This document shows positions 17,264 to 26,206 of a stretch of 56,215 nucleotides of DNA, piece by piece. Position numbers and translations under genes: made by a program. The notes under the pieces were generated by a model, which saw nothing but the letters and a program-made list of their open reading frames with translations, did not search any database and had not been told where the DNA came from. Positions within the stretch are counted from its first letter, which is position 1, and each line of letters starts with the position of its first letter. Origin of the DNA: Acutalibacteraceae bacterium (GTDB taxonomy: Bacteria; Bacillota; Clostridia; Oscillospirales; Acutalibacteraceae); assembly GCA_045531495.1 (NCBI GenBank), contig JAZSED010000038.1:1-56215 (forward strand), given 5' to 3'.

Positions 17264-18297
17264 AAGTTTCTGTGATCATCCCGATTTTTAACTGCGGGAA
17301 ATATCTGGAAAACTCTATCCCGCAAATTTTGGGACAGAGCCATACCGACTTGGAATTGATTCTTGTTAACGACGGCTCCACCGACAACAGCTTGGCGCTT
17401 TGCGAGAAATTTGCCGCGGCCGATGACCGCGTGCAGGTTATCAGCAAAGAAAAAAGCGAAGGTGCGGGACCTGCCCGCAACAGCGGCATTGATGCGGCAA
17501 GCGGTGAGTATTTAATGTTTATCGATGCCGATGACCAAATCGAGCCCAATATGGTAGAGCGTTTGCTTAACGCTATTGTGTCCGAGCAATGCCAGGTGGC
17601 TATCTGCGGTTACGAAACCTATGTAGAAGGCATGGAAAACGCAGACCGCGAAAACATCTTTCTGCCACAAAAAACCTACCGCGGCAAAGAGGTACAGACC
17701 TTGTTTGCCACCTATTTCCCCGAAGGTATCGTCGGCTATCTGTGGAACAAAATCTACGATGCCAAGTTGATTCGGGAAAAGAACATCCGGTATCCCGACA
17801 TGCGGCGGTTGCAGGACGGCGTGTTTAACGTGGAGGTTTTCCGCCACGCGACCGACTGCTGTGTCATTGAGGACATTTTGTATCACTATCGCTTAAACGC
17901 GCAGACCGATTTGTTTCGGAAACTGCCTCAAAACTATTACGATTTGATTCGACAATTTTCGGAAAGTTTTCTGCTCGCGAAAACAGAGTGGGGCGATTTC
18001 TCCGACGAGAAAATCGATGTGTTTTTCCTCGGGGAATTGGGCTCTTGCCTTGAAAACGCGGTATCTGCGCATTGGAATATGACAAAACCGGACAGAAGAC
18101 AGTACTTTTCGCGCATTGCAAACGACCCGTTCTTTGTGGAAAGAGCGGCGAAGACCGTGCCGCTGCCGCGGTACAGACGCATTTTGATTGCTTTGCTGAA
18201 AAACAGACATTTTGCGTTGCTCGAAATCATTGTACGCACCAAAGGTTTTGTAAAAATTCGTATGAAAAAGCTTTTTTTCGCATTAAAGAGGAAATAA
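17260..18297 (+). CDS. GT2 family glycosyltransferase
   Basis: VSVIIPIFNCGKYL, ILVNDGSTDNS and FIDADD. A 4-nt ATGA overlap joins it to the upstream gene. Confidence 0.8.
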   Translation: MKVSVIIPIFNCGKYLENSIPQILGQSHTDLELILVNDGSTDNSLALCEKFAAADDRVQVISKEKSEGAGPARNSGIDAASGEYLMFIDADDQIEPNMVERLLNAIVSEQCQVAICGYETYVEGMENADRENIFLPQKTYRGKEVQTLFATYFPEGIVGYLWNKIYDAKLIREKNIRYPDMRRLQDGVFNVEVFRHATDCCVIEDILYHYRLNAQTDLFRKLPQNYYDLIRQFSESFLLAKTEWGDFSDEKIDVFFLGELGSCLENAVSAHWNMTKPDRRQYFSRIANDPFFVERAAKTVPLPRYRRILIALLKNRHFALLEIIVRTKGFVKIRMKKLFFALKRK

Positions 18298-18300
18298 AAA

Positions 18301-19746
18301 ATGGAGAATCTTCGTACGGTCGCAGACCGCTGTCTTCTTAACCGTCTCGCCTTCAAAATATTGATGGTGTTGTCGGTTTTGGTGACCGCAGTCCCATATT
18401 TACACACCGCCGTCGGTGGATATGTAAAATTCGTGTTGCTGTATGGTTTTGTGATAATCGGGTATGAGCTGCTGACAGGCAAGCTTGCCGATGCCTTTCG
18501 AAAAAAGACCAATTGGCTGCTTATCGGCTTTTGCATATTTTATGCGATTACGCTTTTTCTTAACCGCGCAGGCAATCTGACCGCGGGAGTAAAAAGCTTT
18601 GCATATATGATAAGCTTCTTTGTGTTGTTCTTTATGACCAAAAACGGACAAACCAAGGCTTCTATCATACGGGAAATAAAAGTTCTGGCTTTTGTTATCA
18701 TTCTCGGCACCTTTCTTTTGAGTGCCGTTTCTTTGGCCACCTTCATTTTCTCTGTCTCAGGGAAATACCTCAACGGCGACGGCATTGTGGTGTACTACGG
18801 TATGTTTGAAAACCGCCTTTGGGGTCTTTACAATCCCAACACCGGCGCCACCCTCAATGGCATCTCTATATTACTGTCGGTAGGTTGCTTGTGCACCGTT
18901 AAGAACCGTATCTCCACCGTTTTTAACGGCGTTAACCTGTTTTTGCAGTTCTCCTGCTTATTATTGACAGGTTCTCGCGCATCCTACTATATGGTAGTGG
19001 TTACGCTGATGATTTTGACAGCGTTCTGGACCTTGCAACGGTTTCCGCGCACCACGTTGCGCGCAGGTATTGCCGCGTTTTTATCTATGGTGCTTATTGC
19101 GGCAACGATTATGGGGGTCGGCGCCGTGTTGCGCTTAGGCTACGCGTATGCGCCGAGTGTCACCGCGGCTGTTTTCGCCCCAAAAGAGGGGACCGACGAA
19201 ACACCCCCTGTGTCCGACGATGACACAGCGCCCGTCACGCCGCCCGCCAATACCGACAACATCGAAAAACAAGATTTTACCCGCTTGGAAGAGCTGGAAG
19301 GGCGCGAAGGCGGCTTCTTTAACGGACGCGCGCCGATGTGGGCCGCTTGTTTTAAAACTTTCAAAGAAGCACCGCTTTTCGGTGTCGGCTATGAAAACCT
19401 CATTGAACGCACCCTCCCGCATTTTCAGGACAACACCTGGAAGGAGCATTTCCGCACAGGCGGACCGCACAACATATACATTACCATTCTTACTTCCTGC
19501 GGTGCTCTCGGTTTTGTTTTGTTGGGTCTGTTTGCCGCTGTTACCTTTGTGCGATCAGCGACGGTGCTTTTGAAAACCTACAGAAAAGGCAACGTGTGGT
19601 TGTTACTTTCTATTTGTATTTGCGTTATGTTTTACATAACCGAGTTCGTAGAATCGCGCATACTGTTCCAGGTTAGCACCTTCAGCGTGTTTTTCTGGCT
19701 GTTTGTGGGATATATGTATCGGTTGGCTATGGATACTTTAGAATGA
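18301..19746 (+). CDS. O-antigen ligase/polymerase family (Wzy_C-like) polytopic membrane protein, copy 1
   Basis: About 12 TM segments, the motif LLLTGSRASYY, and a hydrophilic loop followed by GVGYENL. Confidence 0.7.
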   Translation: MENLRTVADRCLLNRLAFKILMVLSVLVTAVPYLHTAVGGYVKFVLLYGFVIIGYELLTGKLADAFRKKTNWLLIGFCIFYAITLFLNRAGNLTAGVKSFAYMISFFVLFFMTKNGQTKASIIREIKVLAFVIILGTFLLSAVSLATFIFSVSGKYLNGDGIVVYYGMFENRLWGLYNPNTGATLNGISILLSVGCLCTVKNRISTVFNGVNLFLQFSCLLLTGSRASYYMVVVTLMILTAFWTLQRFPRTTLRAGIAAFLSMVLIAATIMGVGAVLRLGYAYAPSVTAAVFAPKEGTDETPPVSDDDTAPVTPPANTDNIEKQDFTRLEELEGREGGFFNGRAPMWAACFKTFKEAPLFGVGYENLIERTLPHFQDNTWKEHFRTGGPHNIYITILTSCGALGFVLLGLFAAVTFVRSATVLLKTYRKGNVWLLLSICICVMFYITEFVESRILFQVSTFSVFFWLFVGYMYRLAMDTLE

Positions 19747-19753
19747 TTAGCTG

Positions 19754-21061
19754 GTGATATACGTGGGTTCCCTTTTCAAAAAACTAAAAGCCGTTTTGAA
19801 CAATAAAACGGTGAACAATGCCAAATGGATGATTGGTGAACAAGCGGTACAAATGGGTATCTCGGTTGTTCTCGGCGTTCTGACGGCACGATACCTCGGT
19901 CCTTCCAATTACGGTGTCATCAACTATGCCGCCGCTTTGGTGGTATTCTTCTCCTCCATCGTCACGTTGGGACTTGAGGGTGTTATCATCAAGGAGATGG
20001 TAAACAACCGCGACGCAGAAGGCACCATACTCGGCACGGGTATTGTGATGCGCCTTATCGCAAGCGCACTTTCCATCCTCTCCATTATGATTTTGCTGAT
20101 GATACTCAATCCCGGTGACACGCTGGTGTTGAAGGTCGGCTTTTTACAATCGCTGGTGATGCTGTTCCGCTCGTTTGAGTTGATAGATTTCTGGTTTCAG
20201 TCACATCTGCGTTCCAAATATGTGGCGATTCTGAAATCCGTCTCATATTTTTTGGTGGCGGCATATAAATTCTACATTTTGTTTACAAACAAAAGCGTGG
20301 AATGGTTTGCGTTCAGCACCTCGCTGGATTTTCTGCTTATCGCGGTGATGATAGTCATCGCCTACTACCGAAAAGGCGGCAAGCCGATGCGGTTTTCTAT
20401 GCAGGTAGCCAAAGACCTTATCCTGCAAAGCTACCATTTCATTTTATCGGGTATGCTGGTGACGGTATACACCCAGATGGACAAAATCCTTATCGGACAG
20501 CTGCTCACCGAAACGGACGTTGGCTTATATTCCGCGGCGGTAACCATTTGTAACTACTGTTTGTTGGTGCCCGTGGCGCTTATCAACTCCGCCCGACCGA
20601 CCATTATGCAGCTCAAAAAAGACGGGGATGAGCAAAAATATATTACCCGTATCAAACAATTATATGCCATTCTCATTTGGGGCGGCATCGTGTTGGCACT
20701 CGGTATTTCAATTTTCTCGAAACTGATTTTGCGAATTTTGTACGACGAGGCATACCTCTCCGCGGCACCTGCCTTAGCGATTACGATTTGGCACGTTCTC
20801 TTCTCCACTCTTGGCACCGCACGCGGTGTTTGGATCGTGTGTGAAAACAAAAACTCTTTTGTAAAAAAGATGGTGCTGTGGGGCGCGGTTGTCAATCTGG
20901 CTCTCAACCTCCTGCTGTTGCCGCTTATCGGTATTATCGGCTCCGCAATCACGTCGTTGGTAACCCAGATTTTCACTTCGATTATCGCCCCGCTGCTGTA
21001 CAAAGAAACGCGCATTCATTCCAAATACGTTTTAGATGCATTTTTGCTTAAATTCAAATAA
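19754..21061 (+). CDS. Polysaccharide flippase (Wzx / MOP superfamily)
   Basis: 435 aa and highly hydrophobic (about 12-14 TM). N-terminus [34 protein letters not shown]. The GTG start is uncertain. Confidence 0.7.
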   Translation: MIYVGSLFKKLKAVLNNKTVNNAKWMIGEQAVQMGISVVLGVLTARYLGPSNYGVINYAAALVVFFSSIVTLGLEGVIIKEMVNNRDAEGTILGTGIVMRLIASALSILSIMILLMILNPGDTLVLKVGFLQSLVMLFRSFELIDFWFQSHLRSKYVAILKSVSYFLVAAYKFYILFTNKSVEWFAFSTSLDFLLIAVMIVIAYYRKGGKPMRFSMQVAKDLILQSYHFILSGMLVTVYTQMDKILIGQLLTETDVGLYSAAVTICNYCLLVPVALINSARPTIMQLKKDGDEQKYITRIKQLYAILIWGGIVLALGISIFSKLILRILYDEAYLSAAPALAITIWHVLFSTLGTARGVWIVCENKNSFVKKMVLWGAVVNLALNLLLLPLIGIIGSAITSLVTQIFTSIIAPLLYKETRIHSKYVLDAFLLKFK

Positions 21062-21078
21062 AGGGAAGGGAATATCTT

Positions 21079-22269
21079 ATGAGTCTTAAAATTGCAATTG
21101 CCGGTACCGGTTACGTCGGCTTGTCCTTGGCAACCCTGTTGTCTCAAAAGCACGAAGTATACGCGGTGGATATCATCCCCGAAAAGGTGGAACTGATAAA
21201 CAGCAGAAAATCCCCCATTCAGGACAATGAGATTGAGGAATTTTTTGCAACCAAAACCTTGAATCTCACCGCAACGCTGGATGTGGAGCAGGCATACATC
21301 GGTGCGGACTTTGTGGTGATTTCCACCCCCACCAACTATGACCCGAAGGTAAACTACTTCGACACCTCGTCTGTAGAAAACGTTATCCAGACGGTGTTGC
21401 GTTTGGCACCCGAAGTGCCGATGATCATCAAATCCACCGTTCCGGTCGGCTTTACCGAGTCGGTCAGAAAGAAATACAATTGTGACCACATTTACTTCTC
21501 CCCCGAATTTTTGCGCGAAAGCCGTGCCTTGTACGACAACCTGTATCCGTCCAGAATTATCGTGGGTGCGCCGGTTGACAGCGAAAAGGCGCAGGCGCAC
21601 GCAAAGCAGTTCGCAGAGCTGCTCAAAGAAGGCGCGTTGAAAGAGGATATTCCCGTTCTGTTCACCAACCCCACCGAGGCGGAAGCGGTAAAACTGTTTG
21701 CCAATACCTACCTTGCACTGCGCGTTTCCTTCTTCAACGAGTTGGATACCTATGCCGAGGTGCGCGGCTTGGATACCAAGCAGATTATCGAGGGTGTCGG
21801 CCTTGACCCGCGTATCGGTCTGCATTACAACAACCCCTCGTTCGGTTACGGCGGATATTGCTTGCCGAAAGACACCAAACAGTTGCTCGCAAACTTCGCG
21901 GACGTACCCAACAACATCATCCGTGCTATCGTAGATGCAAACAGCACCCGCAAAGATTTCATTGCGGAACGTATTTTGGAGCGCAACCCCAAATGCGTGG
22001 GTGTATACCGCCTTACCATGAAATCCAATTCGGACAACTTCCGCGCTTCTTCCATTCAGGGTGTTATGAAGCGCATCAAAGCGGAAGGTGTTGAGGTCAT
22101 TATTTATGAGCCGACCCTGTCAGAAGAAACCTTCTGCAATTCCCGTGTGGTTAACGACATCGAGGCGTTTAAAGCGCAAAGTGACGTTATCATCGCCAAC
22201 CGCTATAACGAGGATATTGCGGACGTGCTGGATAAGGTATATACCAGAGATTTGTATTTTAGAGACTAA
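21079..22269 (+). CDS. ugd: UDP-glucose 6-dehydrogenase family enzyme
   Basis: [16 protein letters not shown] is a Rossmann motif, and [10 protein letters not shown] carries the catalytic Cys motif. Confidence 0.85.
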   Translation: MSLKIAIAGTGYVGLSLATLLSQKHEVYAVDIIPEKVELINSRKSPIQDNEIEEFFATKTLNLTATLDVEQAYIGADFVVISTPTNYDPKVNYFDTSSVENVIQTVLRLAPEVPMIIKSTVPVGFTESVRKKYNCDHIYFSPEFLRESRALYDNLYPSRIIVGAPVDSEKAQAHAKQFAELLKEGALKEDIPVLFTNPTEAEAVKLFANTYLALRVSFFNELDTYAEVRGLDTKQIIEGVGLDPRIGLHYNNPSFGYGGYCLPKDTKQLLANFADVPNNIIRAIVDANSTRKDFIAERILERNPKCVGVYRLTMKSNSDNFRASSIQGVMKRIKAEGVEVIIYEPTLSEETFCNSRVVNDIEAFKAQSDVIIANRYNEDIADVLDKVYTRDLYFRD

Positions 22270-22290
22270 AAACCCGCTTAAGGGTGTTGC

Positions 22291-22396
22291 GGTTAGGGAT
22301 TTGAAGAAACTTGCGGCGAAAGACTGAGAGATACAAACATAGTATCCCTCCACCACCGCTAACGCGGCGGTCCCCCTCCCTTTAGGCAAGGGAGGC
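22291..22396. repeat. Convergent pair of hairpin-tail repeats (left copy degenerate)
   Basis: GGTTAGGGATT...TGCGGCGAAAGACTGAGAGATA (22291-22333) faces AGTATCCCTCCACCACCGCTAACGCGGCGGTCCCC + CCTCCCTT-TAGGC-AAGGGAGG (22341-22396). The second copy resembles the arms flanking DUF559. Confidence 0.7.
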
Positions 22397-22419
22397 AGAA
22401 AAACGCCCACAAAAAAGCA

Positions 22420-22466
22420 AGAGAAGATACACATCTTTTGTGTATCTTCTCTATTTTTATCCCTAT
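22420..22466. repeat. Inverted copy of the 412-458 hairpin repeat; likely doubles as a bidirectional terminator
   Basis: AGAGAAGATACACA-loop-TGTGTATCTTCTCT followed by ATTTTTATCCCTAT. Confidence 0.8.
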
Positions 22467-22481
22467 GCGAGGTTTCTTTTT

Positions 22482-23498
22482 TTACGGCACAATGTGCTTT
22501 AATACGGGAATCTTTTTGAGGATAAAGGTGAATGCCACCGCAATGCCGTAAATGAGGAACGGTACGAGCAAGCGCCACTCCCATGTGTTTTCCTGTATAA
22601 AGTCGTTCAAAACACGATAGATGGTCATATGCGACAGGTATACACCAAAGCTGCAACCCGAAAGGGTGGATAAAAACTTACACGCTTTTTCATTCTCAGC
22701 GAGTTTTTCAAAGGGCTTGAAATAGCGGAAAAACAAGAACACGCCGCACGCAAGAAGAATCGAGCAATAGCCGGTATAGCCATAGAAGGTTTTGTTCAGT
22801 GCGCCATCCCTGGCAGATAAATACCACGTGCCAAAATACCGTAAAGCCGCGGCCAATACCGCCAACACGTAAAAAACGATACGTTGCCATTTTTTGAAAT
22901 CGGTGGTAACTAACAAATGCCCGAGTATAGGGAAAATGAGCACACCGCCGGCAGTCAACATACTGAGACTATAGTTATATGTAATGCCGACATAACTGCA
23001 CAGTGCCGGTAAAACAGACTGTAAAACAAACGACCCACCCGCCATATACCACAGCACCTTTTTGTTATCCTTCAGCAAAGAAAGCACCGGCATCGAAAGG
23101 TATACCGCAAAAAGCGGGATAAAGAACCAATACACATTTTCAATGGAACACGAGAACGCACGGCTTAAAAACGTGCGAATACCGATAGAAAACGGATTGA
23201 TGCGTTTTTCCACCGCCACAATTAATGTCCAAATCACAAACGGAATCAGTGTACGGGTAAAGCGTTTTATAAAAAACTCTTTGGTGGTGTACCGTTTGCG
23301 GTAGCCTATGAGGTTTGCGCCCGACAGCATCAGGAAAATCGGTACAGGCCAATACATGGTAACCTCAACAAGCAGCGCCTGTTTCCAAGCCAACGTGTCG
23401 GCATAATTAAAAGAGGTGCCGTTACAATGTAAAAAGATAACACAAAGTGCGGCAATGATATTTAGTATATCGAAATACGCAACGCGTTTCTTCGCCAA
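22482..23498 (-). CDS. Acyltransferase family 3 (O-acetyltransferase-type) membrane protein
   Basis: 338 aa with about 10 TM segments. The N-terminus YFDILNIIAALCVIFLHC is typical of acyltransferase_3. Confidence 0.75.
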   Translation of the reverse strand: MAKKRVAYFDILNIIAALCVIFLHCNGTSFNYADTLAWKQALLVEVTMYWPVPIFLMLSGANLIGYRKRYTTKEFFIKRFTRTLIPFVIWTLIVAVEKRINPFSIGIRTFLSRAFSCSIENVYWFFIPLFAVYLSMPVLSLLKDNKKVLWYMAGGSFVLQSVLPALCSYVGITYNYSLSMLTAGGVLIFPILGHLLVTTDFKKWQRIVFYVLAVLAAALRYFGTWYLSARDGALNKTFYGYTGYCSILLACGVFLFFRYFKPFEKLAENEKACKFLSTLSGCSFGVYLSHMTIYRVLNDFIQENTWEWRLLVPFLIYGIAVAFTFILKKIPVLKHIVP

Positions 23499-23511
23499 AG
23501 TTTTCTCCCCC

Positions 23512-24567
23512 TCAACTCAATTTTTCAAACACCTGCGGCAGATGCTTTTTGATAAAGTTAATAGCCGCCGCGATGGTCAAACACAGAAAACGATTTTTGG
23601 CTTTGAATGCCTTTGCCATCACACCCGACACACCGCCGCCGCCCAGATACGTACAGAGATTCGCGTACCGTTCTGTCTTCAGCTCAGCATCAAAAAAGGC
23701 TTTGCGCGCTTTGCGGTTCATACCCATTCTCTTATCCAGATTACGCTCCAAAGCAGAGAAAACATACCGAGAATAGAGAGCAGCCACCAAGGTAAGTGCT
23801 TCCTCGGTCAGCATATCCCAATATTGCAATTGGCGATACAGCCCGTCAATTTTCAACATAATATCTGCAAAGTAGGTCGGAATAAACCGACTTGTGGTGC
23901 TGGCATTGACGCGTTTGGCGTAATGATACGGCGTAATATCCAGAATCGTACATCTTTCCAGATCCATAAAGGCATCGATATTAAATAAAATGTCTTCATT
24001 AAACCGTACCGCAGGAAAACGGACGTTATGTTCCCGCAGATATGCCAGACTGTACAGTTTGTTCCACGGGTACCCGTAAAGGGTGGTTCTTTCCAGATCC
24101 AACATCACCTTGCGCACCTCTGACGCGCCGGTCAAGATCTGTGTCGGGAGAGAAATGCGCACGGTTTTTTGGACGGTATCATTCTCATCGAAATGTTCTT
24201 CCAAAAGGCCGTACACAACAATATCCGTTTCGTTTTTCTGCACGGCAGCTACCAATGTCTCCACCAAATCCGCATCACAGATGTCGTCGCTGTCAATAAA
24301 CAAAACATACTGCCCGCGAGCGACATCTATACCGATATTTCTTGCGTTGCTGACGCCGCCGTTCTTTTCAAGATGGATCACGCGGATACGATCGTCCGTT
24401 TGCGCTAACGCATCACAAATAGCAGGGCTGTTATCGGGGGAACAGTCATCGATCAGAATCAATTCAAAATCACGATAGGTTTGCCGCAAAAGTGCCCCAA
24501 CACCGGTTTCCAAAAATTTCTCTACACGAAACACCGGCACAACAATACTGATAAACGGTGCAGACAT
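23512..24567 (-). CDS. GT2 family glycosyltransferase
   Basis: ISIVVPVFRVEKFL, ILIDDCSPDNS and FIDSDD. Confidence 0.8.
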   Translation of the reverse strand: MSAPFISIVVPVFRVEKFLETGVGALLRQTYRDFELILIDDCSPDNSPAICDALAQTDDRIRVIHLEKNGGVSNARNIGIDVARGQYVLFIDSDDICDADLVETLVAAVQKNETDIVVYGLLEEHFDENDTVQKTVRISLPTQILTGASEVRKVMLDLERTTLYGYPWNKLYSLAYLREHNVRFPAVRFNEDILFNIDAFMDLERCTILDITPYHYAKRVNASTTSRFIPTYFADIMLKIDGLYRQLQYWDMLTEEALTLVAALYSRYVFSALERNLDKRMGMNRKARKAFFDAELKTERYANLCTYLGGGGVSGVMAKAFKAKNRFLCLTIAAAINFIKKHLPQVFEKLS

Positions 24568-24581
24568 CGTTTTTCCTCCTT

Positions 24582-26000
24582 TTAGCCCTCTTCCTTTTCT
24601 GCTAATGCCAAATTGTACATATATCCTGCAAACAACCAGAAGAACACACTAAAGGTGCTGACCTGGAACAAAATACGTGCCTCCACAAACTCGGTGATAT
24701 AAAACATCAGACACACACAAATCAAGGTAAGCAACCACGGATTTGCCTTTTTGTATGATTTTACGTACATCACACACGACCGTATCAACGTCCATGCCGC
24801 AAAGGTGCCCAGGAACAAAAAGCCGATGATGCCGCAGGACGTGAGTATGCACACGTAGATATTGTGTGCGCCGCCCGTGCGGAAATGCTCCTTCCAGGTG
24901 TCGTCTTCAAAATGCGGGAGGGTACGTTCAATAAGATTCTCGTAGCCGACACCGAAAAGCGGCGCTTCTTTAAAGGTTTCAAAACAGGCAAACCACATAG
25001 TCGCTCTGCCGTTAAAGAAACCGCCTTCGCGACCCTCCAATTCCTCTAAACGGGTGAAATCCTGTTTTTCGATTTCGGTGTCCTTTTCCCCATCAGGGTC
25101 CTGTTCGGACGGCTCAGTGGCAGAAATAATGATGTTGGTAAGTCCCGGCAGATACGCATATCCTGCTTTTAACGCACTGCCCAGCCCTACATACATACCA
25201 ACCATTACAACCACGCAAAGCGCAGACGCCCCCACAGCGCGCAGCTGCAGTTTGGGGAACCGTTTCAACACGGTGAACGCGGTCAACAGCACCAAGGTTA
25301 AAACCATAATATAATACGATGCGCGGGAGCCTGTCAGCAACAGGCAGGAGAACTGCAAAAACAGGTTAATACCGTTAAAAACGGTGGAGATACGGCTTTT
25401 CACCGTCAAAATACACCCCACCGACAACAGCATGGAAATGCAGTTGAGGGTTGAGCCGGTATTGGGATTGTAAAGCCCCCAAAGGCGGTTTTCAAACATA
25501 CCGTAGTACACCATAATGCCGTCCCCGTTGAGATATTTTCCGGAAACGGAGAAGATGAAGGTCGCCATGGAAACAGCGCTCAGAATAAAGGTGCCTGCGA
25601 TAATCACAAACGCAAGGATTTTGATTTCGCGCACGACGCCTTCCTTGGTTTGTCCGTTTTTGGCCATAAAGAACAGCACAAAGAAAACCGCCATATACGC
25701 GAAACTCTTCACGCCTGCGATAAGGTTGTCCGTGCGATTGAGCAGCAAGGTTATAGTATAAGACACGCAAAAACCGATAAGCAGCCAATTGGTCTTCTTT
25801 CGAAAGGCATCGGCAAGCTTGCCTGTCAGCAACTCATACCCTATCACCAAAAAGCCGTACAGCAACACTATCTTGACATATCCGCCAAATGCCGTATGCA
25901 AATACGGCACCGCCGTCACCAACACGGCCATTGCCATTAAAATTTTGAACACCAATCGGTTAAAAAGATATTTATCTGCGATGAGACGCAACCTTTCCAT
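24582..26000 (-). CDS. O-antigen ligase/polymerase family membrane protein, copy 2 (paralog of 18301-19746)
   Basis: Colinear with copy 1. I hand-counted about 79 identical residues in the first 100. I moved the start to the ATG at 26000 (MERLRL), which has a GGGAGGGG RBS. Confidence 0.7.
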   Translation of the reverse strand: MERLRLIADKYLFNRLVFKILMAMAVLVTAVPYLHTAFGGYVKIVLLYGFLVIGYELLTGKLADAFRKKTNWLLIGFCVSYTITLLLNRTDNLIAGVKSFAYMAVFFVLFFMAKNGQTKEGVVREIKILAFVIIAGTFILSAVSMATFIFSVSGKYLNGDGIMVYYGMFENRLWGLYNPNTGSTLNCISMLLSVGCILTVKSRISTVFNGINLFLQFSCLLLTGSRASYYIMVLTLVLLTAFTVLKRFPKLQLRAVGASALCVVVMVGMYVGLGSALKAGYAYLPGLTNIIISATEPSEQDPDGEKDTEIEKQDFTRLEELEGREGGFFNGRATMWFACFETFKEAPLFGVGYENLIERTLPHFEDDTWKEHFRTGGAHNIYVCILTSCGIIGFLFLGTFAAWTLIRSCVMYVKSYKKANPWLLTLICVCLMFYITEFVEARILFQVSTFSVFFWLFAGYMYNLALAEKEEG

Positions 26001-26163
26001 TTTGCTACCCCTCCCTTGCTTTCCACATCCTTGCATACACAAGCAGTATAGCAGTTTTGCGAGATTTTGTCAATTGCGCGGAACGTATATCCGCACCGTC
26101 TCAATAGTTTACAATTCGTATATAAATATACAAATTATACTCTATGTTCTTTTTCTGGGTGAT

Positions 26164-26197
26164 AAAAACAGGCTGTGCAATGCTGCACAGCCTGTTT
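26164..26197 (-). terminator. Rho-independent terminator after EF-G2
   Basis: Stem ACAGGCTGTGCA / TGCACAGCCTGT is followed by T5 on the minus strand. Confidence 0.7.
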
Positions 26198-26206
26198 GCG
26201 TATTTC

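Noticed and set aside
21016-21825. 269-aa minus-strand ORF antisense to ugd. Similar antisense ORFs occur at 46353-47276 (versus yidC/jag), 9067-9702 (versus murF), 35144-35902 (versus gyrA) and 575-1141 (versus repeats and the DMT gene).
   Set aside because: Each fully overlaps a confidently identified gene on the other strand. All have R/G/H-rich composition typical of antisense frames, and none has a recognisable motif.
18301-26000. Invertible (phase-variable) segment bounded by the two inverted Wzy-like paralogs.
   Set aside because: The longest perfect nucleotide matches are only ~25-33 nt within ~80%-identical genes. No recombinase or invertase gene is nearby. Inversion would not swap a promoter in any obvious way.
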